This document shows positions 20,437-30,768 of a stretch of DNA of 64,000 nt, in pieces. Source of the stretch: an uncultured Bacteroidota bacterium (lineage in GTDB: Bacteria > Bacteroidota > Bacteroidia > AKYH767-A > JABDAW01); the NCBI GenBank assembly GCA_903844645.1, contig CAIMUP010000013.1, forward strand, positions 1,428 through 65,427. The letters run 5' to 3'. Each line of letters starts with the position of its first letter. Within the stretch, counting starts at the first letter, position 1. The notes under the pieces were generated by a model, which was given only the letters and a program-made list of their open reading frames with translations, was not told the DNA's origin and did no database searches. Position numbers and translations under genes: made by a program.

Positions 20437-20463
20437 AGCGGTACACAGTGTACCGCTTTTTTG
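20437..20463. terminator. bidirectional terminator between convergent OMP and TolC genes
   Basis: The stem agcggtaca - cag - tgtaccgct is flanked by an A-run and a T-run. Confidence 0.75.
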
Positions 20464-20565
20464 TTTATATTGTAACCCTTTTTTCCTGCTATTGCTACAA
20501 TATTTTATTGAAGGAGGTATTTTAATTTTATTTTTTTGTCCAAAGAATATTTGTAAAATTCCCAA

Positions 20566-21870
20566 TTACTTACCCTTTATCAATTGACCATTGAGGCGCA
20601 TTAATTCTGTCTCTGCAACTTTGGTGTCATAGCGAGCAAGGATTACTGTGTTTTGGGCTCCCTCATAGCTTTGTTGTGCAACGCTCAAATCTAATGCGCT
20701 GCTGGCTCCAAGGCGATAACGTTCCAAGGCAACATCAAGGGTTTCTTTGGCGAGGGTAGAATTTTCTTCGATTAATTTCAGTGCTTCTAAATCGGTTTGG
20801 AAGGTTCTAAAAGCTTTCAAAAGATTTGATGAAACTTGTAATTTAATATCCTCATACATGAAATTATAGTTCTCGATATTGAGCTTCGCATTGCGGATAT
20901 TATGATTGAGAACCGAGCCGTTGAAAAGATTATAATTAATAGTAAACGATGGTCCGATAGCGACGTTTTGACTTTGAATAATAAAGCCCGCAGCATTTTC
21001 CGATCTGGTGCTCGAATATGCAAAACCAACGCCAAGAGTGGGGTAACGCTGCGCCTGCAATTGCCTTAAACCAAGCCTCGCAATCTTGATGTTTCTTTCA
21101 GATAATTGAAGAACCGTATTCTGTTGAATGGTCGAGGTTTTAAGCTCATCGAGAGAAGGTTTATACGTCAGCGAAATGCTATCCAAAACATTAAAATCAA
21201 GCTCTTCATTTCTGGCAATAACCTGGTTAAGATTTGTCTTGGCATTTGCAAGATTGGTATTCTGTTTAATAAGGGTTGATTTCTGAACATTCAAATCAAC
21301 TCGCGCCTGCAAGAAATCAAGCCGTGAACCAGAACCAAGATTGTATTTCTTTTCGGCAAGAGTTACTTTTTCTTCATAGACTTTGATAGCATCTTTTATA
21401 TTTTTTGCAAGTTCCTTTTGACGAACAACATCGTAATAAGAAAGTATGATGGAACTCACCGTGGTCTCAATAGCAATCTTGGAATTCACTTCGCCGATGT
21501 CTTCCAAAACCTTCAGTTTATCGTAAGAAACAAACATGTTGAAGCCATCAAATAATGTCCAAGAAAGAGCCGCACCGTAATTCAAAGCATCTGTCTTGAC
21601 ACCGGATTTATCAACGACATTGCCTGTGGAATAATCTTGATGTGTTTTGTTCATTGCGGTATTTCCATTCGCATAAAGATTCACTTGTGGCAACATCCCT
21701 GCATTGCCCGGAATGTTATTGTTTTTTGCCATTGCAGCGTTATTTTCCGCAACCAGAATGGAATAATTATTCTTCAACCCCAACGCTATTGCTTGGTCAA
21801 GCGTCAAGAGGTCTTGTGAATAGATTGAAACGGAAATAGAGATAAAAATTAATAGGAATAGATTTTTCAT
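20566..21870 (-). CDS. TolC-family outer membrane efflux protein
   Basis: It has a signal peptide, two internal OEP-type repeats and the N-terminal LTLDQAIALGLKNN motif. Confidence 0.85.
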   Translation of the reverse strand: MKNLFLLIFISISVSIYSQDLLTLDQAIALGLKNNYSILVAENNAAMAKNNNIPGNAGMLPQVNLYANGNTAMNKTHQDYSTGNVVDKSGVKTDALNYGAALSWTLFDGFNMFVSYDKLKVLEDIGEVNSKIAIETTVSSIILSYYDVVRQKELAKNIKDAIKVYEEKVTLAEKKYNLGSGSRLDFLQARVDLNVQKSTLIKQNTNLANAKTNLNQVIARNEELDFNVLDSISLTYKPSLDELKTSTIQQNTVLQLSERNIKIARLGLRQLQAQRYPTLGVGFAYSSTRSENAAGFIIQSQNVAIGPSFTINYNLFNGSVLNHNIRNAKLNIENYNFMYEDIKLQVSSNLLKAFRTFQTDLEALKLIEENSTLAKETLDVALERYRLGASSALDLSVAQQSYEGAQNTVILARYDTKVAETELMRLNGQLIKGK

Positions 21871-21876
21871 TGCTAT

Positions 21877-22938
21877 TTAGTGTTTGATAAAATGCTTTTT
21901 CTTTTCAGGAATCAAGAGGGATAAAACGATACTTAAAGTAAGGATGGTACCGATAATTATTAATGAATCTTCGATGGTGAAACCATGTTCTTTGAGCCAA
22001 TCGTTGAAGATCATTTTTATACCGATGAAGACTAATAACACCGATAGTCCATGTTTGAAGAAATGAAATTTATGGATGATATTAATCAATAAAAAGAACA
22101 ATGACCTTAATCCAAGGATGGCAAAAATATTCGAGAAGAAAACGATGTAAGGGTCTTTGGTTACCGCGAAAATAGCGGGAATTGAATCTACTGCGAATAA
22201 AATATCGGTGAATTCTATTATTAATAATACAAGAAAAAGCGGGGTGATCAAATTCTTATGATTTATCTTTACGAAGAATTTATTGCCAACAAAATGTTCA
22301 TGAATGCTAAAATATTTAGAAGCAAATTTCACGACCGGATGGCTCTCTGTTTCTATTTTTTCTTCTTGGTTTCTATTAACGAACATTCTGATGCCGGTGA
22401 AGATTAAAAAGGCGGCGAAGAGATACAATATCCATTCAAATTTTGTTATTAAAAATGAACCGGTAAAGATGAATAGAAACCTAAATAATACCGCCCCTAT
22501 TATTCCCCAAAATAATACGCGATGATACAAACGTTTTTCGACATTAAATGCTGTAAAAATAAGGATGATAACAAAGAGATTATCCATAGACAGTGCCTCT
22601 TCTATGACATAGCCTGTGAGGAATTCCAAAGATAATTCATGACGATAATTGATTACGCTTTGGGTGTAATTATTCTCGATTAAAGCGATCGTTTGTCCGT
22701 ATTTATTAATGTGGAATTTGAGACTCTCCATCGAAGAAATGCCGTGAATATTTTCTCCATAAAAATGAAGAATTAAATAGAAGGCAAAAGCCAAAGAAAT
22801 CCAAACAATGGTTTTCAGTAAAGCTTGTTTAGATCTGACGATATGGTCATGTTTATTGAATACTCCTAAATCAATTATCAGCGCAATGACGATAAAGATC
22901 AGGAAGAAAGAAAAATAGTATAATTCGCCGGAATTCAT
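21877..22938 (-). CDS. TerC-family integral membrane protein
   Basis: It is polytopic, with TerC-like motifs (EEALSMDNLFVIILIF; FAVDSIPAIFAVT). Confidence 0.85.
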   Translation of the reverse strand: MNSGELYYFSFFLIFIVIALIIDLGVFNKHDHIVRSKQALLKTIVWISLAFAFYLILHFYGENIHGISSMESLKFHINKYGQTIALIENNYTQSVINYRHELSLEFLTGYVIEEALSMDNLFVIILIFTAFNVEKRLYHRVLFWGIIGAVLFRFLFIFTGSFLITKFEWILYLFAAFLIFTGIRMFVNRNQEEKIETESHPVVKFASKYFSIHEHFVGNKFFVKINHKNLITPLFLVLLIIEFTDILFAVDSIPAIFAVTKDPYIVFFSNIFAILGLRSLFFLLINIIHKFHFFKHGLSVLLVFIGIKMIFNDWLKEHGFTIEDSLIIIGTILTLSIVLSLLIPEKKKHFIKH

Positions 22939-22964
22939 GGCGGCAAAGTTATATTAATGGGAGG

Positions 22965-23366
22965 TTATATTCTTTTTGCAAAAAGGTATCCGATAAAGGC
23001 ACAGGGGATGTACAAAAGTTGGCTTGTAATATTGAACCACATTGGCTGATCGGGCAATGAAATGAGATTCATTAATCCTCCAAAAAATATCACTGCTCCT
23101 ACGATTATTGCGGAACGTGCACTCTCTTTTCCGGCTATTAAAGTTGCGACAAATCCTCCCGCAAAACTTCCGATAATATACCCAAAAAGAATAAAAAGAT
23201 ATGCACCAACGGGCATTCCTTTCATCATTTCTTTGACCGATTCGGGGTTCAAAAAATCCATTCTGGCAGGGGCGGGATAAATTTTCCCGCTGATTTTTTC
23301 CATCAAGGCAATTAATCCGATTGCTATTGCCAAACCTATTATTACAGCTAAAATTCTTTTTGCCAT
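22965..23366 (-). CDS. small membrane protein, unknown function
   Basis: This 133-aa ORF has about 4 TM segments and is co-directional and tightly spaced with the TerC gene. Confidence 0.5.
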   Translation of the reverse strand: MAKRILAVIIGLAIAIGLIALMEKISGKIYPAPARMDFLNPESVKEMMKGMPVGAYLFILFGYIIGSFAGGFVATLIAGKESARSAIIVGAVIFFGGLMNLISLPDQPMWFNITSQLLYIPCAFIGYLFAKRI

Positions 23367-23373
23367 GATTGTT

Positions 23374-23571
23374 TTATTTTATTCGATTAAAATTTGTTTT
23401 AGGAGGGGCAAAGGTATAAAAAGGGAGGTTTAGGTTTAAATCAGGGTTAATTTCCTTGTTAATTTTCCATTCCCCAAGGTTATCAATAGATGAAAATGGC
23501 TCCAAAACTTGCCCAAAAGCAATAGCAATAGTGCTAATTAGCAAAGTCACAAAACAAGACCGTTTTGCCAT
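23374..23571 (-). CDS. possible small secreted protein
   Basis: This 65-aa ORF has a signal-like N-terminus and ends 8 nt upstream of the next gene. Support is weak. Confidence 0.25.
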   Translation of the reverse strand: MAKRSCFVTLLISTIAIAFGQVLEPFSSIDNLGEWKINKEINPDLNLNLPFYTFAPPKTNFNRIK

Positions 23572-23846
23572 TTAGCATTAATACTCTTGTTTTCGGCAGG
23601 ATTTTTAACCTGAATTACATTAAAACAATGCTTGAAAAGGGTGTCGAAAGCAGACGTAAAACTTTCATTAATGAATCAAACAAGCACTCGACAGACAATT
23701 TTATGGTTTTAATTACAGTGAAACCACTCCTTATATTCAGGGCGCATTTTAGGATGGCGAAAATTTGCAGGCAACAGTTTTATAATTTTCAGAAATTAGG
23801 GTTTAATAGAATTCCTTGGAATATTTTTAGTTACGATAAATTTGTG

Positions 23847-23854
23847 TAGATTTG
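23847..23854 (+). promoter_or_regulatory. candidate -7 box (TAnnTTTG) for gyrA
   Basis: The sequence tagatttg lies 47 nt upstream of the ATG at 23901. Confidence 0.4.
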
Positions 23855-23900
23855 CAGCCTTAATAAAAGCAAACGATTTAAAAGATAAATAACAGATATA

Positions 23901-26477
23901 ATGGCAGAAAGAGATAGAATAATTCCGATAAATATTGAGGAAGAAATGAAATCGGCGTACATTGATTATTCAATGTCGGTGATCGTATCGAGGGCTTTAC
24001 CGGATGTAAGGGACGGGCTGAAACCGGTGCACAGACGGGTGTTGTATGGGATGCTCGAGTTGGGAGTGTTGTCTAATCGTCCTTATAAAAAATCCGCGAG
24101 AATCGTGGGTGAGGTGCTTGGAAAATACCATCCGCATGGCGATACTTCGGTGTATGATGCGATGGTGAGGATGGCGCAGCATTGGTCGTTGCGGTATCCC
24201 TTGGTTGATGGGCAGGGAAACTTTGGGTCGGTGGATGGCGATAGTCCGGCGGCGATGCGATATACCGAGGCGAGGCTGAAAAAGATTGCGGAGGAATTGT
24301 TGTTGGATATTGATAAGGATACGGTTGATTTCCGGTTGAACTTCGATGATTCTTTGAAAGAGCCGACGGTTTTGCCTGCGAAGATTCCGAATTTGTTGAT
24401 TAATGGAGCCTCGGGAATTGCTGTGGGAATGGCGACGAATATGCCGCCGCATAATATTACGGAGGTGATTAATGCGTGTATTATTTATATTGATAAACGC
24501 GATGTGACGGCAGAGGAACTGGCGATGTTTGTGAAGGCTCCAGACTTCCCGACGGGCGGAATTATTCATGGCGTGGAAGGTGTGAAGGAGGCGTTTACTA
24601 CTGGTCGTGGGCGGATTGTGATGCGTGGAAAGGTGAATGTTGAAGTGATGGATAATGGTCGCGATAGAATTGTGGCGACGGAGATTCCTTATCAATTGAA
24701 TAAGGCTTCGATGATTAAACAAACTGCCGATCTGGTGAACGATAAAAAGATTGATGGGATCTCTGATCTTCGCGATGAATCGGATAGGGACGGGATGCGA
24801 GTGGTTTATGAATTGCGCAAGGACGCGGTGACGAACGTGGTGCTGAATAGTCTGTATAAATATACGGGCTTGCAGACTTCGTACAGTGTGAATAATATTG
24901 CGCTGGTGCATGGTCGCCCGATGATGCTGAACTTGCGGGATATGATTAAGCATTACATTGATCATCGTCATGAAGTGGTGATTCGGAGGACTAAATTTGA
25001 ATTGGCGGAGGCAGAAAAGCGGGCACATATTCTTGAAGGTTTGTTGATTGCTTTAGATCATTTGGATGAGGTAATTAAATTGATTCGTGCATCGCAAACT
25101 GTTGAAGAAGCGAGGACGGGATTGATGACGAACTTTGAATTATCAGAGATTCAGGCACGTGCTATTCTTGATTTGAGATTACAGAAACTGACCGGGCTGG
25201 AGCGTGAAAAGATTAAGGCTGAATATGATGAGTTGATGACCTTTATTGCTTATTGCAAGAGTGTTTTGGCAGATGAAGGATTGCGTTATGATATCATCAA
25301 AAAGGAGTTGAATGAAATGAAGGATAAGTATGGCGATGCCCGCCGTACTGCTATTGAATTTTCGAGTGGCGATATGTCTATGGAAGATTTGATTCCTGAT
25401 GAGGCGGTTGTTGTTACGATTTCTCACATGGGATATATCAAACGGACTTCTCTTTCTGAATATAAAGTTCAGGGACGTGGCGGAAAAGGTGCTAAAGGAA
25501 CCACTACTCGTGATGAGGATTTCGTAGAATATATTATCCCGGCTACTGCGCATAATTATATGCTCTTCTTCACCGAGCAAGGAAAGTGTTTCTCGATGCG
25601 TGTATTTGAAATACCAGAAGGTAGTAGAACGATGAAAGGACGTGCCATTCAGAATATGATTAATATTCCTCCTGATGATAAGATTAAAGCATTTATCACC
25701 GTAAAGAACATGAAGGATGAGGAGTATATCAAGAACAATTATATCATCATGTGTACCAAGAAAGGTGTTATCAAAAAGACAAGGTTGGATCAATATGCCA
25801 AGCCACGTAAGACTGGGCTATTAGCTATAAAGATTAAGGAAGGAGATCAATTGTTAGAGGCTCATTTAACAGATGGTAATTGCGAGATTATGATGGCTGT
25901 GAAGTCGGGTCGTGCAAATCATTTCCATGAGTCTAAGATTAAACCCCAGGGAAGGAATACCGGTGGCGTAATAGGCATCAGAACGAAGAGAGATAAAGAT
26001 GAAGTTATCGGAATGATAGTCCTTAATAAGAGCGAAGGTGAAACCGTGTTGGTAGTATCAGAGAAAGGCTGCGGTAAGCGTTCTAATCCTGAATTTTATC
26101 CATTGAAAAACCGCGGGGGACAGGGTGTTATCACTTTAAAGATTACCGACAAGACTGGCAAGCTCATCGCTATCAAGAAAGTATCTGATAACGACGACTT
26201 GATGATCATCAATAAGTCCGGTTTGGTCATTCGTTTGGATGTGAAGGATGTGAAGTTGCTATCAAGAAATTCATCTGGCGTTATTCTTATTCGTTTTAAG
26301 GACAAGGATAAAGATAAGATTGCTTCCGTTACCAGTGTGCCGCATTTGGATGATGAAGAAGAGGTAGTTGATGGCATCGAAAACAGCATTACCGATGATG
26401 CCGCGAACGATTCCAATGCCCATGACATTCAGGAGAATAGTGCTACGGACGATGTGTTACCTCCCGACTTTGAATAA
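23901..26477 (+). CDS. gyrA: DNA gyrase subunit A
   Basis: It has the canonical N-terminus ([27 protein letters not shown]), the active-site AAMRYTE and C-terminal beta-pinwheel repeats. Confidence 0.97.
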   Translation: MAERDRIIPINIEEEMKSAYIDYSMSVIVSRALPDVRDGLKPVHRRVLYGMLELGVLSNRPYKKSARIVGEVLGKYHPHGDTSVYDAMVRMAQHWSLRYPLVDGQGNFGSVDGDSPAAMRYTEARLKKIAEELLLDIDKDTVDFRLNFDDSLKEPTVLPAKIPNLLINGASGIAVGMATNMPPHNITEVINACIIYIDKRDVTAEELAMFVKAPDFPTGGIIHGVEGVKEAFTTGRGRIVMRGKVNVEVMDNGRDRIVATEIPYQLNKASMIKQTADLVNDKKIDGISDLRDESDRDGMRVVYELRKDAVTNVVLNSLYKYTGLQTSYSVNNIALVHGRPMMLNLRDMIKHYIDHRHEVVIRRTKFELAEAEKRAHILEGLLIALDHLDEVIKLIRASQTVEEARTGLMTNFELSEIQARAILDLRLQKLTGLEREKIKAEYDELMTFIAYCKSVLADEGLRYDIIKKELNEMKDKYGDARRTAIEFSSGDMSMEDLIPDEAVVVTISHMGYIKRTSLSEYKVQGRGGKGAKGTTTRDEDFVEYIIPATAHNYMLFFTEQGKCFSMRVFEIPEGSRTMKGRAIQNMINIPPDDKIKAFITVKNMKDEEYIKNNYIIMCTKKGVIKKTRLDQYAKPRKTGLLAIKIKEGDQLLEAHLTDGNCEIMMAVKSGRANHFHESKIKPQGRNTGGVIGIRTKRDKDEVIGMIVLNKSEGETVLVVSEKGCGKRSNPEFYPLKNRGGQGVITLKITDKTGKLIAIKKVSDNDDLMIINKSGLVIRLDVKDVKLLSRNSSGVILIRFKDKDKDKIASVTSVPHLDDEEEVVDGIENSITDDAANDSNAHDIQENSATDDVLPPDFE

Positions 26478-26507
26478 GTTTATTCGCTAACTAATAATAG
26501 TATAAGT

Positions 26508-27665
26508 ATGAAAAGAATTGTGTTTATTATTCTCATGGCATGCGGTTATTTTGCCGCCTATGCACAACCTTCCAATGTTCAGAGTGCTTGGAGGTATCTT
26601 GGTTACAAAGAATTCGACAAAGCAAAGGAGATGATTGATCCTGCCATTACTAATGACAAGACAAAGAACTCTTCCAAGACCTGGTATTACCGTGGTTTGA
26701 TTTATGAGGGTTTCTATGACACCATTAAGTATGATGTTGCCTCCTTGACTACTGCTGTGGAGAGTTATAAGAGGTCCTTGGAGCTTGATAAGAGTGATTA
26801 TGCCGATGAAATAAAGACCCGCTTTCTTATTATCAACATCGAATTCTTTCAGGCAGGTATGAAAATGTACGGAACTAAACGCTTCGATGTTGCGCTGAAG
26901 GCTTTTCAGGGCGTTATCTTGATCAATCCTACCGATTCAGGTGCGATGAAGAACGCGGCAATATGTGCCTGGAAGGGAAACAACAACGCACTCGCCAAAG
27001 AGTATTATGCGAAGCTTATTCAGATGAACTTCAACGATATTTCCATCTATTCTTCCCTCGGTTCCTTGTATTTGGAGGACAAAGACAGCACCAAATATTA
27101 CGAAACCATCAAGGCGGGGAGGACAAGATACCCTGCCAACACCGATTTCATGAACCTCGAGGTCGCGTATCTTATCGCGGCGAACAAATCTAATGATGCC
27201 ATCGAGGGTTTGAAAGCAATATTGAACAAAAACCCTAACGATACGACCATGTTATTCGCCTTGGCGAGCATTTACGACAAGCTCTCGGTGGATTACAGCA
27301 AGAAGGGCGACATGAACGAGTTCCAAAAGAACTTTTCATTAGCCGAAGAGACTTATAAAAAGGCTATCGAGGTGAAGCCGGATTACTTCAAAGCGAACTT
27401 CAACCTCGGCGCACTCTATATCAATATCGCGGTGGATATGATTAACAAAGCGAACGACATTCCTACTGATAAAAACAAGGAATATGAAGCCGCGAAAGCT
27501 AAATACGAAGTCATTTTGCGCCAGGCAAAGCCTTATTTCGAGAAGGCATTAGACTTGCAGCCTAAAGATGAAGGTACATTGACCGCACTACGTCAACTTT
27601 ATGCTCATTTGAACATGACGGACAAGGCGCAGGAGATGAAAAAGCGCCTCGAAGGTAACAAATAA
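26508..27665 (+). CDS. tetratricopeptide-repeat protein
   Basis: It has a signal peptide and repeated TPR-like helices (WYYRGLIYE..., ALASIYDK..., NLGALYIN...). Confidence 0.75.
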   Translation: MKRIVFIILMACGYFAAYAQPSNVQSAWRYLGYKEFDKAKEMIDPAITNDKTKNSSKTWYYRGLIYEGFYDTIKYDVASLTTAVESYKRSLELDKSDYADEIKTRFLIINIEFFQAGMKMYGTKRFDVALKAFQGVILINPTDSGAMKNAAICAWKGNNNALAKEYYAKLIQMNFNDISIYSSLGSLYLEDKDSTKYYETIKAGRTRYPANTDFMNLEVAYLIAANKSNDAIEGLKAILNKNPNDTTMLFALASIYDKLSVDYSKKGDMNEFQKNFSLAEETYKKAIEVKPDYFKANFNLGALYINIAVDMINKANDIPTDKNKEYEAAKAKYEVILRQAKPYFEKALDLQPKDEGTLTALRQLYAHLNMTDKAQEMKKRLEGNK

Positions 27666-27710
27666 AGCTTAAACATTCGTGCATTCAGAACAAACAACCT
27701 GGATGTTTGT

Positions 27711-27935
27711 TTAATGAGCAGTATTGTCATTAGCAGGTGCTGACCCGCCGGCAGATTGAATACCCCAGCCGTTTTGTTCGGTACCAATCATGATATAATT
27801 ATCCCCGCTGGCATTGTCGGTAAAGGTAACGGTTTCCGTGCCATCAGGGGCGATGGTAGCAGATTGGATAATGATGTTTTTTCCACTCGTGTGCACTCCT
27901 ATTGATAGGAGAATTGCAAGGATAATTTCTAACAT
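27711..27935 (-). CDS. possible small secreted protein
   Basis: The internal Met gives 74 aa with a signal-like MLEIILAILLSIGVHT. The longer ORF (to 28058) has an implausible N-terminus. Confidence 0.35.
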   Translation of the reverse strand: MLEIILAILLSIGVHTSGKNIIIQSATIAPDGTETVTFTDNASGDNYIMIGTEQNGWGIQSAGGSAPANDNTAH

Positions 27936-28142
27936 AGCTTGTAGTTTATAGTAATTTTTTACAAAAATAGGGATTGTTTTTACACTATCCAAATTTATTT
28001 CAAAAAATGTTTCACTAATCCGCTTCGTCGTATTGTTGCGCCGCGAAAGCGGATGCATTCATACGACGATGATGGTATTAAATACGACCATCCATACCAT
28101 TCTCTGAAAGAGTATCTTTGCATCCTTAATAATAATAAAGGT

Positions 28143-28646
28143 ATGAAGATAAATTTTATATTGGATGGGTTCGATTTTGATGATACCCACCAGGCTCATC
28201 AGGTGTTTGAGAATATTGGGCAAGAGATGGGGAGGGTAATTACCGATAAATTGCGCCATTTGGTGGGCTTTCAGGATGAGCATGGTCAGTTTGGCGGCAC
28301 GATAGAGATTCATGCGAGCATTCATGGTCCTGATTTGAACAAAGCAGATACCGCCCAATATAATAAGGAGTACGATTACTATTTTGATGTTCAGGATGCA
28401 GACCATATTGTGGTCGTTCCGAAGAAAAAAGGTGGTACCAATCCTGATAATATTACCAAAACGGAGAAGACTTATCTGCAAGAAATGATTGATGGTACTT
28501 CCAATAAAATTATTGCTGATGATCATGACAAAAATATAGAAACGGTGAAGTCAAACAAGAAAAGTATTCGATTTAAGACTAAATGCAAGACTCCGGGGGA
28601 CTTGAAAAAATACGTTGATAAACATAAACTCTTATTAAAAGAATAA
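28143..28646 (+). CDS. small protein with a C-terminal LuxR/GerE-type HTH and an unrecognised N-terminal domain
   Basis: The C-terminus ITKTEKTYLQEMIDGTSNKIIADDHDKNIETVKSNKKSIRFK fits the GerE pattern (T-x-x-E...L...G-x-SNK-x-IA......TVK......I..K). The start was set at the MKINF Met. Confidence 0.55.
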   Translation: MKINFILDGFDFDDTHQAHQVFENIGQEMGRVITDKLRHLVGFQDEHGQFGGTIEIHASIHGPDLNKADTAQYNKEYDYYFDVQDADHIVVVPKKKGGTNPDNITKTEKTYLQEMIDGTSNKIIADDHDKNIETVKSNKKSIRFKTKCKTPGDLKKYVDKHKLLLKE

Positions 28647-28850
28647 TTCACCCTTTTGAGGGATTGTTTTAGGAACTAATACCTTGTAATTTTGCATCCT
28701 TAATTACAAACAATGGATCATTACAATCACATAGCGAATACAACGGATAGCAATCACGACAGAGGCAATGCTTCTGGAAGGTTTTTCAATGGTGGCGGTA
28801 GTGATATGGATACAAATTGTAGTTTAAACATATGCCAAAAAAACTCAAAC

Positions 28851-29102
28851 ATATCTTTTAGTAACAATAAGATACCTTTTAGTAACAATAAGATACCTTT
28901 TAGTAACAATAAGATACCTTTTAGTAACAATAAGATACCTTTTAGTAACATAAAGATATGTTTTAGTAACAAAAAGATACCTTTTAGTAACAAAAAGATA
29001 CCTTTTAGTAACAAAAAGATACCTTTTAGTAACAAAAAGATATGTTTTAGTAACAAAAAGATACCTTTTAGTAACAATAAGATATGTTTTAGTTTTTCTC
29101 AC
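28851..29102. repeat. Array E: 21-bp tandem repeat, about 12 copies
   Basis: The unit is ataccttttagtaacaataag, with variants atatg... and ...aaaaag. Starts fall at 28851, 28872 ... 29082. Confidence 0.95.
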
Positions 29103-29205
29103 CATAGTAAAAGCAATAGTTGCTATGGTGATGGGTCTTTTCAGAATGCCCACCCCTCTCCCTTGTATTCAAAACCAAGTAGTAACATAATAAAATAACA
29201 ATAAA

Positions 29206-29973
29206 ATGAGTCTATTAAAATTAGTATTAGTAAAAATTTCTATCTTCATGATCATCACGAAGGCTTCCATCATGAGGCAGTACCTTTTAGATTGTGTCAG
29301 TGCGGGTTCTGCCTCCACTTTGTATGCCAATCCGGCTATTACCACTGCCTTTTATACCTCGATGACGAATGCTGCGGCTGCCATTCAGACAGCGGTAACA
29401 GTTTGTGCGGCGAACAACACGAAGGCAAACAGGGATGCCATTAAAGATGCTATCGCAGCAGGAAAAGTGGTCGCGGCAAGCTATGCTTCGCAAGTTCAGG
29501 TGATTGCCAATCTCCCTATTAATGCCGCTACCCGCGAGGCAGCAAAGACAAATATTGAACAATCGCATCTGACGGCACAAAAATTAAATCAAACAACCAT
29601 AGGAATACCCGAAACCCCTGTATTAACGGGCGAAAATAACGGCATCGGCAAGATAAAAGTAAAGGTTACCAATCCTGGCGTATCGTATGACCCTAAAACT
29701 ATTATTTTTGTTGCTGTTTCCCTGCCCATAGTGCCTGTAACGGTGCCGCCAACACCTCCTCCGGCTGACCCCGTAGTTACGCTCATAGCAGGACAAGTGA
29801 TGGTAAAGACTTCCGTGGCATGCGAAGTGATAACCATCACCCAGGATGGCAAAGGAAGAGAGGTAGATTTGGTTGGATTGACTGCCGGCACTCGCTTTTC
29901 CATCTCTGCCTACACAAAAAATGGCAATAAATTGGTGAGCGTATTGTCGAACGCTATTATCGTACAGGCATAA
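29206..29973 (+). CDS. orphan protein P3 (array-fronted, unknown function)
   Basis: This 255-aa ORF has an Ala-rich helical N-terminal half, a Pro-rich linker (PVTVPPTPPPADP) and a beta-rich Ig/Fn3-like C-terminus. It shares a weak N-terminal motif with P1 (KAS..., YANP...AF). Confidence 0.6.
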   Translation: MSLLKLVLVKISIFMIITKASIMRQYLLDCVSAGSASTLYANPAITTAFYTSMTNAAAAIQTAVTVCAANNTKANRDAIKDAIAAGKVVAASYASQVQVIANLPINAATREAAKTNIEQSHLTAQKLNQTTIGIPETPVLTGENNGIGKIKVKVTNPGVSYDPKTIIFVAVSLPIVPVTVPPTPPPADPVVTLIAGQVMVKTSVACEVITITQDGKGREVDLVGLTAGTRFSISAYTKNGNKLVSVLSNAIIVQA

Positions 29974-30044
29974 AAGGCGGAAAAGGATACTTTCAGGAAA
30001 TTTTGTATCTTTGCCACGAATAAATTGATACTAAAGCTGCCGCA

Positions 30045-30272
30045 ATGAGAAAAATAACCTTAGAGTTACCTGATTCTGTTGAATTAAATGACCAAGAAGT
30101 GGCATTATTAGTAGCCGCAAGTTTCTATGAACATGGAAAACTTTCATTAGGACAAGCCGCCGAACTGGTAGGTCTATCCAAACGGGCTTTTATGGAAGTA
30201 TTGGGCAAGTATGGAGTATCTATATTTAATTATCCTGCCTCCGACCTGTCGAGAGATGTAAAGAATGCATAA
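30045..30272 (+). CDS. UPF0175-family antitoxin-like protein
   Basis: This 75-aa protein has the motif GKLSLGQAAELVGLSKRAFMEVLGKYGV, and its stop overlaps the start of the next gene by 8 nt. Confidence 0.75.
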   Translation: MRKITLELPDSVELNDQEVALLVAASFYEHGKLSLGQAAELVGLSKRAFMEVLGKYGVSIFNYPASDLSRDVKNA

Positions 30273-30720
30273 AACAATAGTCTCGGACACGAGTTGTTTT
30301 ATCATCTTTACTAATATTGGGGAATTAGATTTGCTATTTCAGACTTATGGGCAGATAATTACTACCAAAGAAGTCGCTTTAGAATACGGCGAAGAGCTTC
30401 CTGATTGGGTAATTATCAAAGAAGCTAATGATAAAGACTTTCAACATAACCTGGAGAAGAAAATTGATAAAGGAGAAGCCAGTGCCATTGCCTTAGCAAT
30501 AGAAATTATGGATTGTACCATCATTCTTGATGATTATAAAGCCCGGCAAGTGGCAGAACAATTGGGTCTTGATATCACAGGAACGATAGGTGTTATCATT
30601 AAAGCAAAATTAAATGGAATAATACCTTCTATTATACCCTATCTGGATAAAATTAGTAAGACAGATTTCAGAATAACGGATGAACTTAAAGAACAAGCCC
30701 TCACAGAAGCTGGAGAATGA
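30265..30720 (+). CDS. DUF3368 / PIN-like nucleic-acid-binding toxin-like protein
   Basis: This 151-aa protein has an N-terminal IVSDTSCFI acidic/PIN-like start and a GEASAIALA motif. Pairing with UPF0175 is a classic arrangement. Confidence 0.75.
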   Translation: MHKTIVSDTSCFIIFTNIGELDLLFQTYGQIITTKEVALEYGEELPDWVIIKEANDKDFQHNLEKKIDKGEASAIALAIEIMDCTIILDDYKARQVAEQLGLDITGTIGVIIKAKLNGIIPSIIPYLDKISKTDFRITDELKEQALTEAGE

Positions 30721-30768
30721 TAGTACAAAAGAATAAGTATCTTTGCGCCCTCATAAAATGAACTAACT

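Noticed and set aside
23997-25028. A 343-aa ORF lies antisense to gyrA.
   Set aside because: It lies entirely inside the well-supported gyrA CDS. Its R/H/I/N-rich composition is typical of an antisense shadow ORF.
28851-29102. I considered whether the tandem arrays (this one and the other 21-bp arrays) could be CRISPR loci.
   Set aside because: The units abut each other with no unique spacers. The units are 21 bp with no repeat-spacer alternation, and no cas genes or leader-like structure appear anywhere in the window.
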